Counted from the first letter of the stretch, positions 18,721 to 29,022 are shown. The stretch: DNA of 64,000 nt from Bacteroidota bacterium (GCA_038747425.1 JBCDJV010000005.1:7137-71136), one strand, 5' to 3'. The notes: a model not told the origin generated them from the sequence alone. Numbers and translations are program-made.

Positions 18721-21700
18721 ATGCCTACCCGCCTCCTCCTTCTCGTCCTGCTCCTAGCCGCCGTGGCCCCACTGGCTGCCGCCCAGGACGGCACCCGTCT
18801 GCTGCGCGAGCCCACCCTCAGCGCCGACCACGTCGCGTTTGTCTACGCCGATGACCTGTGGATCGCCAGCCGGGACGGCGGCGATGCGCGGCGCCTCACG
18901 AGCGATGAAGGGTCCGAGAGCGCCCCGCACTTCTCGCCCGATGGGGACTGGATCGCATTTTCGGCCGAGTACGACGGCAACACGGACGTCTACCGCATCC
19001 CGGCCGAGGGGGGCGTGCCGCAGCGCCTCACGTACCATCCCGGCGCGGACATCGTCCAGGGCTGGACGCCCGATGGCGAGCGCGTGCTGTTCCGGTCGGG
19101 CCGGCAGGGGCATCCCACGGAACTGTCCACCTTCTACACCGTCGCCGCCGTGTTGGAGGAGGATCGGTGGCCGGAACCGCTCGGCGTGCCCCGAGCCGCC
19201 CAGGGCGACCTCTCCGCGGATGGCCGCTTCGTGGCCTACGAGCCCATCACCTACTGGGACCCCGAGTGGCGCAACTACCGAGGAGGGCAGGCCCTACCCA
19301 TCTGGATCGTGGACCTCGACGATCTCAGCCTCCAGCGCACGCCGCGCGTCAACGATGAGCGCCACCTGCGCCCCGTCTGGCTAGACGGGACCCTCTACTA
19401 CCTGTCCGAGCGCGACTTCGCCAGCAACGTGTGGAGCTACGACCCCACCACGGGCGCCGAGCGGCAGCTCACCTTCCACACCGAATACGACGTGAAGAGC
19501 CTGGACGCCGGCCCCGACGCGCTCGTCTATGAGCAGGGCGGCTACCTCCACTTGCTCGACCCCGCCACGGGCACCAGCGAGACGCTCACCATCCACGCCC
19601 GCGGCGACCTGGACTCGATCCGACCCCGCTGGGAGGAGGTGGAGGCACGGGCGCTCACCAACGCCTCGCTCTCGCCCACCGGGCAGCGCGCCCTCTTCGA
19701 GCACCGCGGTGACCTCTTCACCGTGCCCAAGGAGCACGGACCCTGGCGCAACCTCACCGAAACCCCCGGCGAAGCCGAGCGCGCGCCCGCCTGGAGCCCG
19801 GACGGTACCCAAATCGCCTACTTCTCCGATTTCTCGGGCGAGTACCGGCTCGTCGTCACCGACCAGTACGGCACAGAGACCCTACGGTCGGTCGAGCTCC
19901 CGGAGCCCACCTACTACTTCCGCCCGGCGTGGTCGCCCGATGGGGACCACATCGCCTTCACCGACACCGACTACCAGCTTTGGCTCGTTGACCTGGAGAG
20001 CGGCGACGCCCAGGTGATCGATACGGACGGCTACGCCCACCCAAACCGGACGATGAACCCCGTCTGGGCCCCTGGGGGCCGCTATCTCGCCTACCCCCGC
20101 CTGCTCGACACCCAGTTCAAGCAGATCCGCGTCTACGACACCGAGACGCAGCAGCACATCGACATCACCAACGGCTTCGCCGACGCCGTCACGCCCGTCT
20201 GGGACGCCGGCGGCGAGTACCTCTACCTCCTCGCCTCCACGGACTACGGCCTCAACACCGGCTGGCTCGATATGAGCTCCTACGACCGCCCCATCACCCG
20301 GGCCCTCTACGTGGTGGCCCTCGCCGAGGACACCCCCTCCCCCTTCCTCCCCCGCAGCGACGACGAGCCCGAGCCCGCTGAGGACGAAGAGACCGATGAG
20401 GAGGAGGACGGCGAAAGCGATGAGGAAGAGGAGCCCCTCCAGATCGACCCCGATGGGTTGGACCGGCGCATCATGGCGGTGCCCAACCTGCCATCGCGCA
20501 ATTTCGTGGGGCTCGTAGCGGGTCCCGAGGGCCACGTCTTCGTGCTCGAGAGTGTGCCGAATCAGCCGGGCCTGACGGTGCACCGCTACAGCCTCGACGA
20601 CCGCGAGGCCATGCGGTTCATGGGCGGCGTCCAAGGCTTCGTCACCTCGCACGACCGCGCCCAGGCCCTCTACCGCCAGGGCGGCACCTGGGGCATCGTG
20701 GCCGCAGCAGGCGGGCCGCCCGAGGCCGGCGCCGGCGCCCTGGCCCTTGGCGATCTACGGCAGCGCGTTGACCCCGTGGCCGAGTGGCAGCAGATCTTCC
20801 GCGAAGGCTGGCGCCTCCAGCGCGACTTCCTGTACGTGGACAACATGCACGGGGCCCCGTGGGACGAGGTCTTCACCTGGTACAAGCCTTGGGTGGATCA
20901 CGTGCGCCACCGGACCGACCTCAACTACCTGCTCGACATGATGGGCGGCGAGATCGGCGTGGGCCACTCGTATGTGGGCGGCGGCGATCAGCCGGACGTG
21001 GACCGCGTACCCGTCGGCCTCCTCGGTGCTGACTTTACCATCCAAGAGGGCCACTACCAGATCGAACGCATCTACACGGGCGAGGCTTGGAACCCCGGCC
21101 TCACCGCCCCGCTGGCCGTGCCGGGTCTCGACGTAGCCGAGGGGGACTACCTCATGGCGGTGAATGACACGCCGCTGAGTGCCGCCGACAACGTGTACAG
21201 CCTGCTCGAGGCCACGGCCGGGCGGCAGATTGTGCTGCACGTGAACGACGAGCCGACGATGGAGGGCGCCCGCCGCCTCACCGTCGTGCCTGTGGCGAAC
21301 GAAGGCGGCCTGCGCACCTACGCGTGGGTGGAAGACAACCGACGGCGCGTCGAGGAGCGTTCGGATGGCCGCCTCGCCTACGTGTGGCTGCCCAACACGG
21401 CGGGGGGCGGCTACAACTTCTTCAACCGCTACTACTTCGCCCAGCAGGACCGCGCTGGGGCCGTGATCGACCAGCGCAACAACGGCGGTGGCTCCGCCGC
21501 GGACTACATCGCCGACGTCCTCGCACGCGACCTCCACGGCTACTTCAACTCGAAGGCCGGGGACCGCCGGCCCTTCACCACGCCGATGGCCGGGCTCTGG
21601 GGCCCGAAGGTGATGATCATCAACGAGCGGGCGGGCTCCGGTGGCGACCTGCTGCCCTACCTCTTCCGCAAGATGGAGATCGGCCCGCTGGTGGGCACGC

Positions 21701-22020
21701 GCACCTGGGGCGGCCTCGTGGGCACGTGGGACACGCCCCGCTTCGTGGACGGCGGCTTCATGATCGCCCCCCGCGGCGGCTTCTTCGACGTGGACGGCGA
21801 GTGGGCCGTCGAAGGCGTCGGCGTGGCTCCCGACATCGAGGTCATCCAGACGCCCGCCGACGTCATGGCCGGCCGCGACCCGCAGCTGGACCGCGCCATC
21901 GACGAGGCCCTCCGCCTCCTCGACACCGAGCGCGTGGTGCTTCAGGACGAGCCCGCCGCCCCCCTACGCTACCGCCGCCCCGCTACCAGCTCCGACGCCA
22001 GCGAGGGGGGGGAGGAATGA
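18721..22020 (+). CDS. Tricorn protease homolog (peptidase S41), copy 2
   Basis: Same architecture as copy 1; GEIGVGHSY, INERAGSGGD, GTRTWGG, GVAPDIEV. Confidence 0.93.
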   Translation: MPTRLLLLVLLLAAVAPLAAAQDGTRLLREPTLSADHVAFVYADDLWIASRDGGDARRLTSDEGSESAPHFSPDGDWIAFSAEYDGNTDVYRIPAEGGVPQRLTYHPGADIVQGWTPDGERVLFRSGRQGHPTELSTFYTVAAVLEEDRWPEPLGVPRAAQGDLSADGRFVAYEPITYWDPEWRNYRGGQALPIWIVDLDDLSLQRTPRVNDERHLRPVWLDGTLYYLSERDFASNVWSYDPTTGAERQLTFHTEYDVKSLDAGPDALVYEQGGYLHLLDPATGTSETLTIHARGDLDSIRPRWEEVEARALTNASLSPTGQRALFEHRGDLFTVPKEHGPWRNLTETPGEAERAPAWSPDGTQIAYFSDFSGEYRLVVTDQYGTETLRSVELPEPTYYFRPAWSPDGDHIAFTDTDYQLWLVDLESGDAQVIDTDGYAHPNRTMNPVWAPGGRYLAYPRLLDTQFKQIRVYDTETQQHIDITNGFADAVTPVWDAGGEYLYLLASTDYGLNTGWLDMSSYDRPITRALYVVALAEDTPSPFLPRSDDEPEPAEDEETDEEEDGESDEEEEPLQIDPDGLDRRIMAVPNLPSRNFVGLVAGPEGHVFVLESVPNQPGLTVHRYSLDDREAMRFMGGVQGFVTSHDRAQALYRQGGTWGIVAAAGGPPEAGAGALALGDLRQRVDPVAEWQQIFREGWRLQRDFLYVDNMHGAPWDEVFTWYKPWVDHVRHRTDLNYLLDMMGGEIGVGHSYVGGGDQPDVDRVPVGLLGADFTIQEGHYQIERIYTGEAWNPGLTAPLAVPGLDVAEGDYLMAVNDTPLSAADNVYSLLEATAGRQIVLHVNDEPTMEGARRLTVVPVANEGGLRTYAWVEDNRRRVEERSDGRLAYVWLPNTAGGGYNFFNRYYFAQQDRAGAVIDQRNNGGGSAADYIADVLARDLHGYFNSKAGDRRPFTTPMAGLWGPKVMIINERAGSGGDLLPYLFRKMEIGPLVGTRTWGGLVGTWDTPRFVDGGFMIAPRGGFFDVDGEWAVEGVGVAPDIEVIQTPADVMAGRDPQLDRAIDEALRLLDTERVVLQDEPAAPLRYRRPATSSDASEGGEE

Positions 22021-22126
22021 GGACTGGAGGGGGCCCGTGCGTCATGGCGTTGTGGATAGTGCCACAGGTCGTGCTGAATGCCCCCGCACGACCTGTGGGT
22101 AGGCCACCGAGCCACCGCTGAAGCGT

Positions 22127-22923
22127 ATGGACCGAACGCAACTCGCCCGGTGGTTGCTGCTTGCCTCTGTTCTGTACGTGATCGGCTTTTACTTCGTCGG
22201 CAGCGCCCTCAAACCTGGCTACTCGCAGTTCTCGAACTTCGTCAGTGAGAGGCTGTCCATGAATGGATGAAGAAGGCGAAAACGAGCGCGGGGGGCGCCA
22301 GGCTAGGCGCCTGAGGAGCGCGGGGCCGCGCCCCGGGCGACGAAGGCAACGCCGCATGGGGCCTCCAGAGCCGTTTGCAGCCCTTCACCGGCCATTCATG
22401 GTCAGCCTCTGAGTACAACGCAACGGGCACGGCGTGGGCAGGCACGCTGACCTATGCGGGTTTTGCCGTCACCGCCGCCCTCCTCTCGGCCTTCTTGGCG
22501 GTAGCGATGCCCCTCGTGGATGCCAGAGGAGCCAGCCGTGTAGGCACCTGGCTGCTATGGTCGCTCCCGGCCTCGTACGCTCTCGCCGTGATCGCCCCGT
22601 GCGATGCGGGATGCCCCTTGGACGGCTCGGCCAGCCAGGTCGCACGCAACGTGCTCGGCGTCGGCACCTATCTCGGCATGGGTCTCAGCCTTCTGCTGAT
22701 CTCGTTGGACGCCAGGTTTGGGGCGCTCAAGCTGCGCCGCGCGTTCTTGCTGCTCACAGGCCTCGCCTTCCCGGTCGTGTTCTTCCTCATGGTCCTCCCT
22801 GAGTTGGGTCCGTGGAGAGGTCTCTTACAACGCCTGCTTGATCTCAGCATGGCAGCGTCGTTGAGTCTGATCGTCTGGACACTCCTCCCAACGGAACGCC
22901 GTGCACGAGGGGCCGTGGCCTGA
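22127..22923 (+). pseudogene. DUF998-like membrane protein gene interrupted by a MITE
   Basis: MDRTQLARW..KPGYSQFSNFVSE | YNATGT..PCDAGCP..GLLQRL; removing the element plus one TGA restores a 210-aa ORF. Confidence 0.85.
22249..22409. mobile_element. 161-bp MITE with 18-bp TIRs and TGA target-site duplication
   Basis: GAGGCTGTCCATGAATGG ... CCATTCATGGTCAGCCTC (17/18); TGA at 22246-22248 and 22410-22412. Confidence 0.9.
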
Positions 22924-22941
22924 CCAGGCCTCCGTGGAGAC

Positions 22942-23397
22942 CTATCGGGGCACCTCGACTTGTCGGGCGGCCTGGAGTTGGTAGTATAGATCCCCCGCCG
23001 TGCCCGTGGCGAGGGTGAAGGTGCCTTGGACCGCGATGGCGTCGTACGTGAACTGGACCCCGTCTTCGGCCCGTACCTCGACCGTCGAGGACGGGCCCAT
23101 GGGGGCGTGGAACGCACACCCAGCGGGGTAGGGAGCCAGCAGGAAGCGCCGCTGGGTGCGGCTCTGCTCCATCGGGTACATGTAGCCGGTGAGCAAGATC
23201 GGCTGGCCATCCAGGGCGCGCAGGGTGTCTGGCAAGACCGGGGCAGGGCTGTCCAGGGCCTCGGCGCTCATGAGGATGGGCCAGGGCGTATCGGGCGGGA
23301 GTTGGTGGGCGTCTCCCGGTCCCCAGGTCACCCCCCAGACGATCAGTCCGAGGACCACCACCCCATACCACGGGTTACGTTTGAGCTGCTGAAACAT
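22942..23397 (-). CDS. DUF3299 domain-containing protein
   Basis: N-terminal TM; LRALDGQPILLTGYMYP..FLLAPYPAGCAFH..VEV..VQGTFTL. Confidence 0.8.
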   Translation of the reverse strand: MFQQLKRNPWYGVVVLGLIVWGVTWGPGDAHQLPPDTPWPILMSAEALDSPAPVLPDTLRALDGQPILLTGYMYPMEQSRTQRRFLLAPYPAGCAFHAPMGPSSTVEVRAEDGVQFTYDAIAVQGTFTLATGTAGDLYYQLQAARQVEVPR

Positions 23398-23433
23398 GGG
23401 TCAGCTTCGAGTTCACGGGGGGCGTCGGCGACT

Positions 23434-24330
23434 TCACACGAGCCCTTCGGCTACCAGGTCATGGTTGAGGAACGCCGCCGCCAGGGCCCCGCCTGCAGCG
23501 GCCACCTGCACCATCTGCATGGGGGTCACCGCATCGCCGCAGGCCGAGACGCCGGGGACGCTGGTGCGCCCTCCCTCATCGGTTTGGATGAGACCCGCCT
23601 CCGTCAGCTCAACGTTCAGGGAGGCGGGCAGCGTTCCTCGCAGGCGCTGGTCCGGGCGAAGATAGAGCGCCGTGGCCTCCATCCGCTCTCCGGTATCAAA
23701 AACCACGCCGCGCACTGAACGCTGATCCACGTCGACCCGCTCGACCCGTTCCTCGCGCACCCCAATGCCCCGCTTGGCAAGCTGCCGACGTTGGTCCTCG
23801 GTCAGCGCGGCGGGCCCGTCCGTCAGCAAGGTGACCTGGTTCGTCCAGCCGGTCAGGAGCCGAGCTTGCTCAAAGCCCGTGTCCCCCTGGCCCAGCACCA
23901 CCGTGGGGCGCCCACGCAGTTCATGGCCATGACAGTAGGGACAGTGCACAACCGTCTCGCCCCAGGCCGCAGCCAGGCCCGGTAGGGCTGGCAGCAGGTC
24001 TTCGACGCCCGTGGCCAACAGCAGGCGATGGGTCTTGAACGGGCCCTCGCCCGACACCTCGACGGCCAGCCCTTGTGCTTCGTGGCGCGCGTCGGTGGCC
24101 TTGGCCTCCAAGAAACGTGCGCCGTACGCCTCGGCCTGCTCCCGGCCCAGGCGGCGCAGTTCGGCAGGCGCTGCACCCTCTCGGGTGAAGACGTTGTGCG
24201 CACGCGCCGCCGGGGCGTTCCGGCCCGGGCCCTCATCACATACGATGACCGAGCGCCCAGCCCGAGCCAACACGAGAGCCGCAGTCAGGCCGGCCGGCCC
24301 ACCGCCAGCAATGAGTACGTCTGCATGCAT
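23434..24330 (-). CDS. NAD(P)/FAD-dependent oxidoreductase, thioredoxin-reductase-like
   Basis: GGGPAGL, LLLATG, HCPYCHGHE (CxxC), TSVPGVSACGD. Confidence 0.88.
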   Translation of the reverse strand: MHADVLIAGGGPAGLTAALVLARAGRSVIVCDEGPGRNAPAARAHNVFTREGAAPAELRRLGREQAEAYGARFLEAKATDARHEAQGLAVEVSGEGPFKTHRLLLATGVEDLLPALPGLAAAWGETVVHCPYCHGHELRGRPTVVLGQGDTGFEQARLLTGWTNQVTLLTDGPAALTEDQRRQLAKRGIGVREERVERVDVDQRSVRGVVFDTGERMEATALYLRPDQRLRGTLPASLNVELTEAGLIQTDEGGRTSVPGVSACGDAVTPMQMVQVAAAGGALAAAFLNHDLVAEGLV

Positions 24331-24560
24331 GAGCACATCCGGTCTTTCGTGGTCGTGGCCCAGAACCTCAACACCCTCTCAGACGCCAGCTCTGCACAAG
24401 ATTTGCACAGCCAGCAACTTGCGCCACGTGAGTGTGTATATTGTACACATCTGGTCTGAGTTCCCCTGCCAGTGGCGCCCCGCGCACCGCTGGTCGGCTT
24501 GTTCGCGTCAGGCCGCCGGGGCCCTCTCCACCCTAATTTTTTCGATCACCGATTGATTTC

Positions 24561-24938
24561 ATGACGACCACTACGTCTCGCGTTTCTCGCCTGGACGCCA
24601 CGGGGATTTGCCTGTCGGCGCTATGCGTCGTGCACTGCCTCGCTGTTCCGCTCATCGCCACCGGCGCGCTGGCCTGGATGGCGTCGGAGAGCATCCACAC
24701 CGGCCTGACGGTTGCGCTCCTGGTCATCGTGCTCGCGGTGGCCCTGCCCGGCTACCGCCGTCATCGGCGGGCTATTGTCCCGGCCCTACTCACTGGCGGG
24801 GTGGTGTTGCTAGGCGGCGCCGTCCTCGTCGGCGAGGCCTTGGGTGAACTGGGGGAAGTGGGGCTTACCGTGTTGGGTTCTGTGGTCCTCATCGCTGGGC
24901 ATGTGCTGAACCTCCGCCTCGGCTCGGCCTCGGCCTGA
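24561..24938 (+). CDS. MerC domain-containing membrane protein
   Basis: LDATGICLSALCVVHCLAVP, GYRRHR, LIAGHVLN; four TM helices. Confidence 0.85.
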   Translation: MTTTTSRVSRLDATGICLSALCVVHCLAVPLIATGALAWMASESIHTGLTVALLVIVLAVALPGYRRHRRAIVPALLTGGVVLLGGAVLVGEALGELGEVGLTVLGSVVLIAGHVLNLRLGSASA

Positions 24939-24953
24939 CCCCCACCGCTTGCG

Positions 24954-26129
24954 ATGCTCGATTGGCTCACCATCGGTGGAGGGGTGCATGGCACCTTTCT
25001 CTCACATGTCCTCACGGGTCGCCTCGGTTGGTCGCGCGACCATGTACGGGTGCTCGACCCACACGACCAGCCACTGGCGCGCTGGCACCAGATGACGGCG
25101 AACGTAGGCATGACGTTCATGCGCTCGTCGATCGTCCACCACCTCGCCCTCGACCCCTTCTCGCTGAAGCAGTTCGCCAAGACCCCCGAGGGCGCTCCGC
25201 TGGCACGGTTCACCTACCCGTACAAGCGCCCCGCCTACCGGCTGTTTCAGGAGCATACCGCTCATGTGGTGCAGGCCCACCGGCTTGACACCCTGCGCGT
25301 GCAAGGACGGGCCCTGGGCCTGCATCGCACCCGACGCGGGTGGCGGGTCGAGACCGAAACAGGCGCCCTGGAGGCCCGGCGTGTGCTCCTGGCGCTCGGG
25401 CAGAGTGAGCAGCCCTGCTGGCCCGCGTGGGCCCAAGCCCTCCGCACAGCCGGCGGACCGGTGCATCATCTCTTCGAGGCTGGCTTCCGGCGCAAGGCCT
25501 TGCCCGCCTGGCAGCATGCCGTCGTGGTCGGAGGCGGGATCTCGGCCGCCCAGGTGGCCCTGGCCCTGGCTGAGCGGCAGCCAGGAACCGTCACGCTCTT
25601 GGCCCGGCATCCCCATCGCGTGCACCAGCTCGACGCCGACCCAGGATGGATGGGTCCCAAACGCCTCCGCGACTTTCATCAGCTCCGATCCACGCATCAA
25701 CGGCGCCTCACGATCAACGCGGCTCGCCATCGAGGCTCGGTCCCTCCCGACGTCCTGCGGCGCCTGCGCCGTGCCCACCAACAGGGACGCCTCACGCACC
25801 ACCTAGCAGAGATCTCGCAGGCCTCAGCCCATTCGGACGGCTCAGTGGACCTTCATCTGCGCGCCTCGCCTGACACACTCCAGACGGACTGCCTCGTCCT
25901 GGCCACGGGCTTCGAGACGCAGCGCCCTGGAGGTGCCTGGCTCACCGCCGCCGTCCACGAACACGAGCTCCGATGCGGCGTGTGTGGCCATCCCATCGTG
26001 GATCCCACCCTGCGCTGGGCCGAGGGCCTCTACGTCACCGGTCCCCTGGCCGAACTGGAGATCGGCCCCGTGGCCCGCAACATCGTGGGCGCCCGCTTGG
26101 CCTCCGCCCGGCTCCCCCACGCCGCCTGA
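24954..26129 (+). CDS. FAD/NAD(P)-binding oxidoreductase (lysine/ornithine N-monooxygenase-like)
   Basis: IGGGVHG, VVGGGISAAQ, LVLATGF, GPLAELEIGPVARNIVGAR. Confidence 0.8.
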   Translation: MLDWLTIGGGVHGTFLSHVLTGRLGWSRDHVRVLDPHDQPLARWHQMTANVGMTFMRSSIVHHLALDPFSLKQFAKTPEGAPLARFTYPYKRPAYRLFQEHTAHVVQAHRLDTLRVQGRALGLHRTRRGWRVETETGALEARRVLLALGQSEQPCWPAWAQALRTAGGPVHHLFEAGFRRKALPAWQHAVVVGGGISAAQVALALAERQPGTVTLLARHPHRVHQLDADPGWMGPKRLRDFHQLRSTHQRRLTINAARHRGSVPPDVLRRLRRAHQQGRLTHHLAEISQASAHSDGSVDLHLRASPDTLQTDCLVLATGFETQRPGGAWLTAAVHEHELRCGVCGHPIVDPTLRWAEGLYVTGPLAELEIGPVARNIVGARLASARLPHAA

Positions 26130-26316
26130 CCACCCGCCCCAAGGCCCCGGTCTTCGCCCTGAGCCACCTGGAACAACAAAACAAGGCGGTCGAAGTAAGG
26201 AGACGCGGAGAGGGGAATCGGCCGATCCCTGTGGCACGGTGCCGAGTTCTGTTTCGCCCACTATCCATCGAGCTGTAGCCTTGCTTCCCGAAGCCCCTGT
26301 GCTCCACGCCAGCGTC

Positions 26317-27261
26317 ATGGCCCAGCGGCTGCTTGGCCCCAGCGTGTTGTGCACAGTGCTGGCGGCGATCCTCCTGACGGGCTGCGTCACCACGTCGAAC
26401 GACGTGCCGCTGCGTGCGGGCCGAGTTCCCGCTACGGATCAGGATCTGAAGCTGGTGACCTACAACGTGGCGTTCGGCGCCGTGGCGGGCGGGCTCGGCG
26501 CCCTCCTCAACGGCCAGGATGGGCCTCCGCTGCGCCGCTTCGCCCGAGGCGCCGGGTGGGGCGCGGCCGGTGGCGGCGTCTCCTACCTGGGCAAATGGCA
26601 AGCCGGCGCTATCTCGGAAAACGAACGGCTCATCTATGGCCTGCCTGCGCGCCTCCTGCACGACACCGGCATCTCGATCATCGAGAACGCGGCCCTGGAC
26701 CGCCCCCCCCTGGACCGTCTGGCCACCCACCTTGGCGTCGTCCGTCTCGACGTTCGCCCCCGCTCGGGCCACGTGCAGGTCCGCCTCCTCCCCGTCACCA
26801 CGCTCCTGTTTGCTGTCCTCCTCGCCGACCCGGACGTGGACTTCGCCCTTGGGCGCTCGCTCGTCTATGGCGCTCCGCTCTTCAGCGGTAACGGGCCCGA
26901 GACGGCACCCATCACCGGTGGATCCGGCAACGGCCGCGCCTTCCCAGGCGTGGTCTTTGTCAACCGCCAGGACGAAGAGTTTCACGATACCGCGGCTCAT
27001 GAGTTGGTCCACGCCTTCCAGTTCCGCGAGATGGCCCGCGTAGAAGCCACGCTCTGGCGGCCGCTTGACGCCTCCCTGCGGCAAGGCCCCGGCTACCGAC
27101 GGCTCGCCCGGTGGATCTACCTGGACAGCCCGGTGCTCGCCCTGCTGTCCTACTTCGTCGTGGAAGGCGGCAATCTCGAAGCCCCGTGCAAGTACGACAA
27201 CTGGCTGGAACTGGAAGCCGAGGCGTTCGGGTCACGGCGTCCCGTAGGCGTCTGTCCTTGA
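26317..27261 (+). CDS. Hypothetical lipoprotein with HExxH motif
   Basis: ILLTG-C lipobox; AAHELVHAFQ and downstream ELEAEAF. Confidence 0.65.
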   Translation: MAQRLLGPSVLCTVLAAILLTGCVTTSNDVPLRAGRVPATDQDLKLVTYNVAFGAVAGGLGALLNGQDGPPLRRFARGAGWGAAGGGVSYLGKWQAGAISENERLIYGLPARLLHDTGISIIENAALDRPPLDRLATHLGVVRLDVRPRSGHVQVRLLPVTTLLFAVLLADPDVDFALGRSLVYGAPLFSGNGPETAPITGGSGNGRAFPGVVFVNRQDEEFHDTAAHELVHAFQFREMARVEATLWRPLDASLRQGPGYRRLARWIYLDSPVLALLSYFVVEGGNLEAPCKYDNWLELEAEAFGSRRPVGVCP

Positions 27262-27478
27262 GAGGGCGTTTGGTAAGCTCCTGCGGGCCTGCGCACGGTG
27301 CTTTTCCGGCGACCCCCCGGGGCCCACGCCTTCCGTCTGCCCTACCGACCAGTCGCTGCGTCGAGGCGGCCGAACGGCTTGCATCCGACGGCCTCTCATC
27401 GCTATCGTACCAGCAGCGTCGCGCTGAATGCGGCTAGCGCTGGCCGCGGAGCGCCCTCCCCTCGACTCGGTCTCTGGC

Positions 27479-27985
27479 ATGTCTCACACGCTCCCTGTCC
27501 GGCTGCGCCCGCGCTTCGAGGCCACCGTGCCACGGCCCCCCTCCGAGGTGACGGCGCAGTTGCGCGAGGCCTTGGCCCAACCTGACGCTCCGTGCCGTGG
27601 GCGCGTCTTCGGGGATCATGCCGTGCTGTACGTGCTGCATGCGGACGAGCGTATCTGGTCTCCGTTTCTCTCGCTGGACATGGCCTGGGATCCCAACGGG
27701 ACCCATCTCCGGGGACTCTTCGGGCCCAAACCAAGCGTCTGGAGCTTGTTCGTCGCCTCGTACGCCCTCTGCTGCTTTGGTGGCTTTATCGCGGCAGGCT
27801 TTGCCTATGCCCAGTGGACACTCGGGCAGCCCACCTGGGCACTGGGGGGCCTCGTGCTAGCGCTGGGAGGAGCCCTCCTCACCTGGCTGCTGGCCCGCTA
27901 TGGGCAACGCCGAGGGCGCCAGCAAATGCGCCTGCTTCGGAGCTTCCTCGACCACGCCATGGCCGTCCCCGTCCACCCATCCTGA
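27479..27985 (+). CDS. Conserved hypothetical membrane protein
   Basis: LRPRF, WSPFLSL, GLFGPKPSVWSLF, two C-terminal TM helices, G..QM..L. Confidence 0.75.
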   Translation: MSHTLPVRLRPRFEATVPRPPSEVTAQLREALAQPDAPCRGRVFGDHAVLYVLHADERIWSPFLSLDMAWDPNGTHLRGLFGPKPSVWSLFVASYALCCFGGFIAAGFAYAQWTLGQPTWALGGLVLALGGALLTWLLARYGQRRGRQQMRLLRSFLDHAMAVPVHPS

Positions 27986-27989
27986 TCGA

Positions 27990-28808
27990 ATGGTGATCCT
28001 ACCCGAAGACTACGTCCGCTCCAACAAGCTCGCCTGGGACCGCGCCGCACGCACCTACCACGACGAGGTGGAGCGAGACATCGCTTGGCTGCGTGATGGC
28101 GGCGTGAACCTGCTGGCCCCAGAGCGCGAGCTTCTCGGCGATCTTTCACACGTCGGCCGCGCCATCCATCTGCAGTGCTCGCACGGCCTCGATGCGCTGT
28201 CGCTGCTCAACCTGGGCGTCAGCGAGGTCATCGGGCTGGACCTGAGCCCAGCGATGCTGGCGCAAGCCCAGCAGAAGACGCAGGCGCTACAGGCCCCCGC
28301 CCGCTGGATCGAAGGCGACGTGCTGGCCCCCCCCAGCTGGCTTGACGGCACTGCCGATCTCGTCTACACTGGCCGTGGAGCCCTGCCCTGGGTGCACGAC
28401 CTTGACCAGTGGGCGGCCGTGGTGGCGCGCCTGCTCCGTCCCAACGGCCGGCTCTTCGTCTTCGAGGGCCACCCGCTCAACTGGGTCTGGAGCACCACCT
28501 CCACCAGCCACCAGCTCAGAGCCGATGGCCGAGGCTACTTCGACGCCGGTGCCCACGCGAACGATGATTTCCCCGCCGCCGCCGTGGCCCGATACACCCC
28601 CGCCGGGACCCCCGTACCCGACGCCTGGGAGTGGCCTTGGACGCTGGGCGAGGTAGTAACCGCCGTGGCGCAAGCCGGCCTGCGCGTGGAACGACTGCAG
28701 GAGTTCGCCGAGAACTTCTGGGACCAGTTTCCCGAGCTGTCCCCCGAGGACGCCGCCCGCCTGCCCCATAGCTACGGCCTGATCGCGAGCGCGGCCAACC
28801 GCCCGTGA
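27990..28808 (+). CDS. Class I SAM-dependent methyltransferase
   Basis: NKLAWD, IHLQCSHGLDALSL, GLDLS, DLVYTGRGAL.W, EGHP. Confidence 0.88.
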   Translation: MVILPEDYVRSNKLAWDRAARTYHDEVERDIAWLRDGGVNLLAPERELLGDLSHVGRAIHLQCSHGLDALSLLNLGVSEVIGLDLSPAMLAQAQQKTQALQAPARWIEGDVLAPPSWLDGTADLVYTGRGALPWVHDLDQWAAVVARLLRPNGRLFVFEGHPLNWVWSTTSTSHQLRADGRGYFDAGAHANDDFPAAAVARYTPAGTPVPDAWEWPWTLGEVVTAVAQAGLRVERLQEFAENFWDQFPELSPEDAARLPHSYGLIASAANRP

Positions 28809-29022
28809 GACCGGGCAGGCGCAGCCTCCGGCGCCGCGCTGATCCAGGTCTGTGTCGATACAGGTTTGTGCCGGGCCCTCATCGGATCCGTGATGGAAGA
28901 GACCACCGGCGAGGGCTCATCCTGTTTGCGTCCCTCAGCCGCTGGTGGCTATCGTACGGTCGGCCGTGCGCGTCGCTGCGCGCGTTCGCGGCCGCACCTC
29001 CTTTTTCCAGCCTCTGACGACC

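Noticed and set aside
24561-24938. Mercury resistance operon
   Set aside because: Only a MerC-domain protein; no merA, merR, merP or merT.
27262-27420. Possible third MITE-like element
   Set aside because: Terminal repeats are weak, no TSD, and no convincing alignment to the 22249 element by eye.
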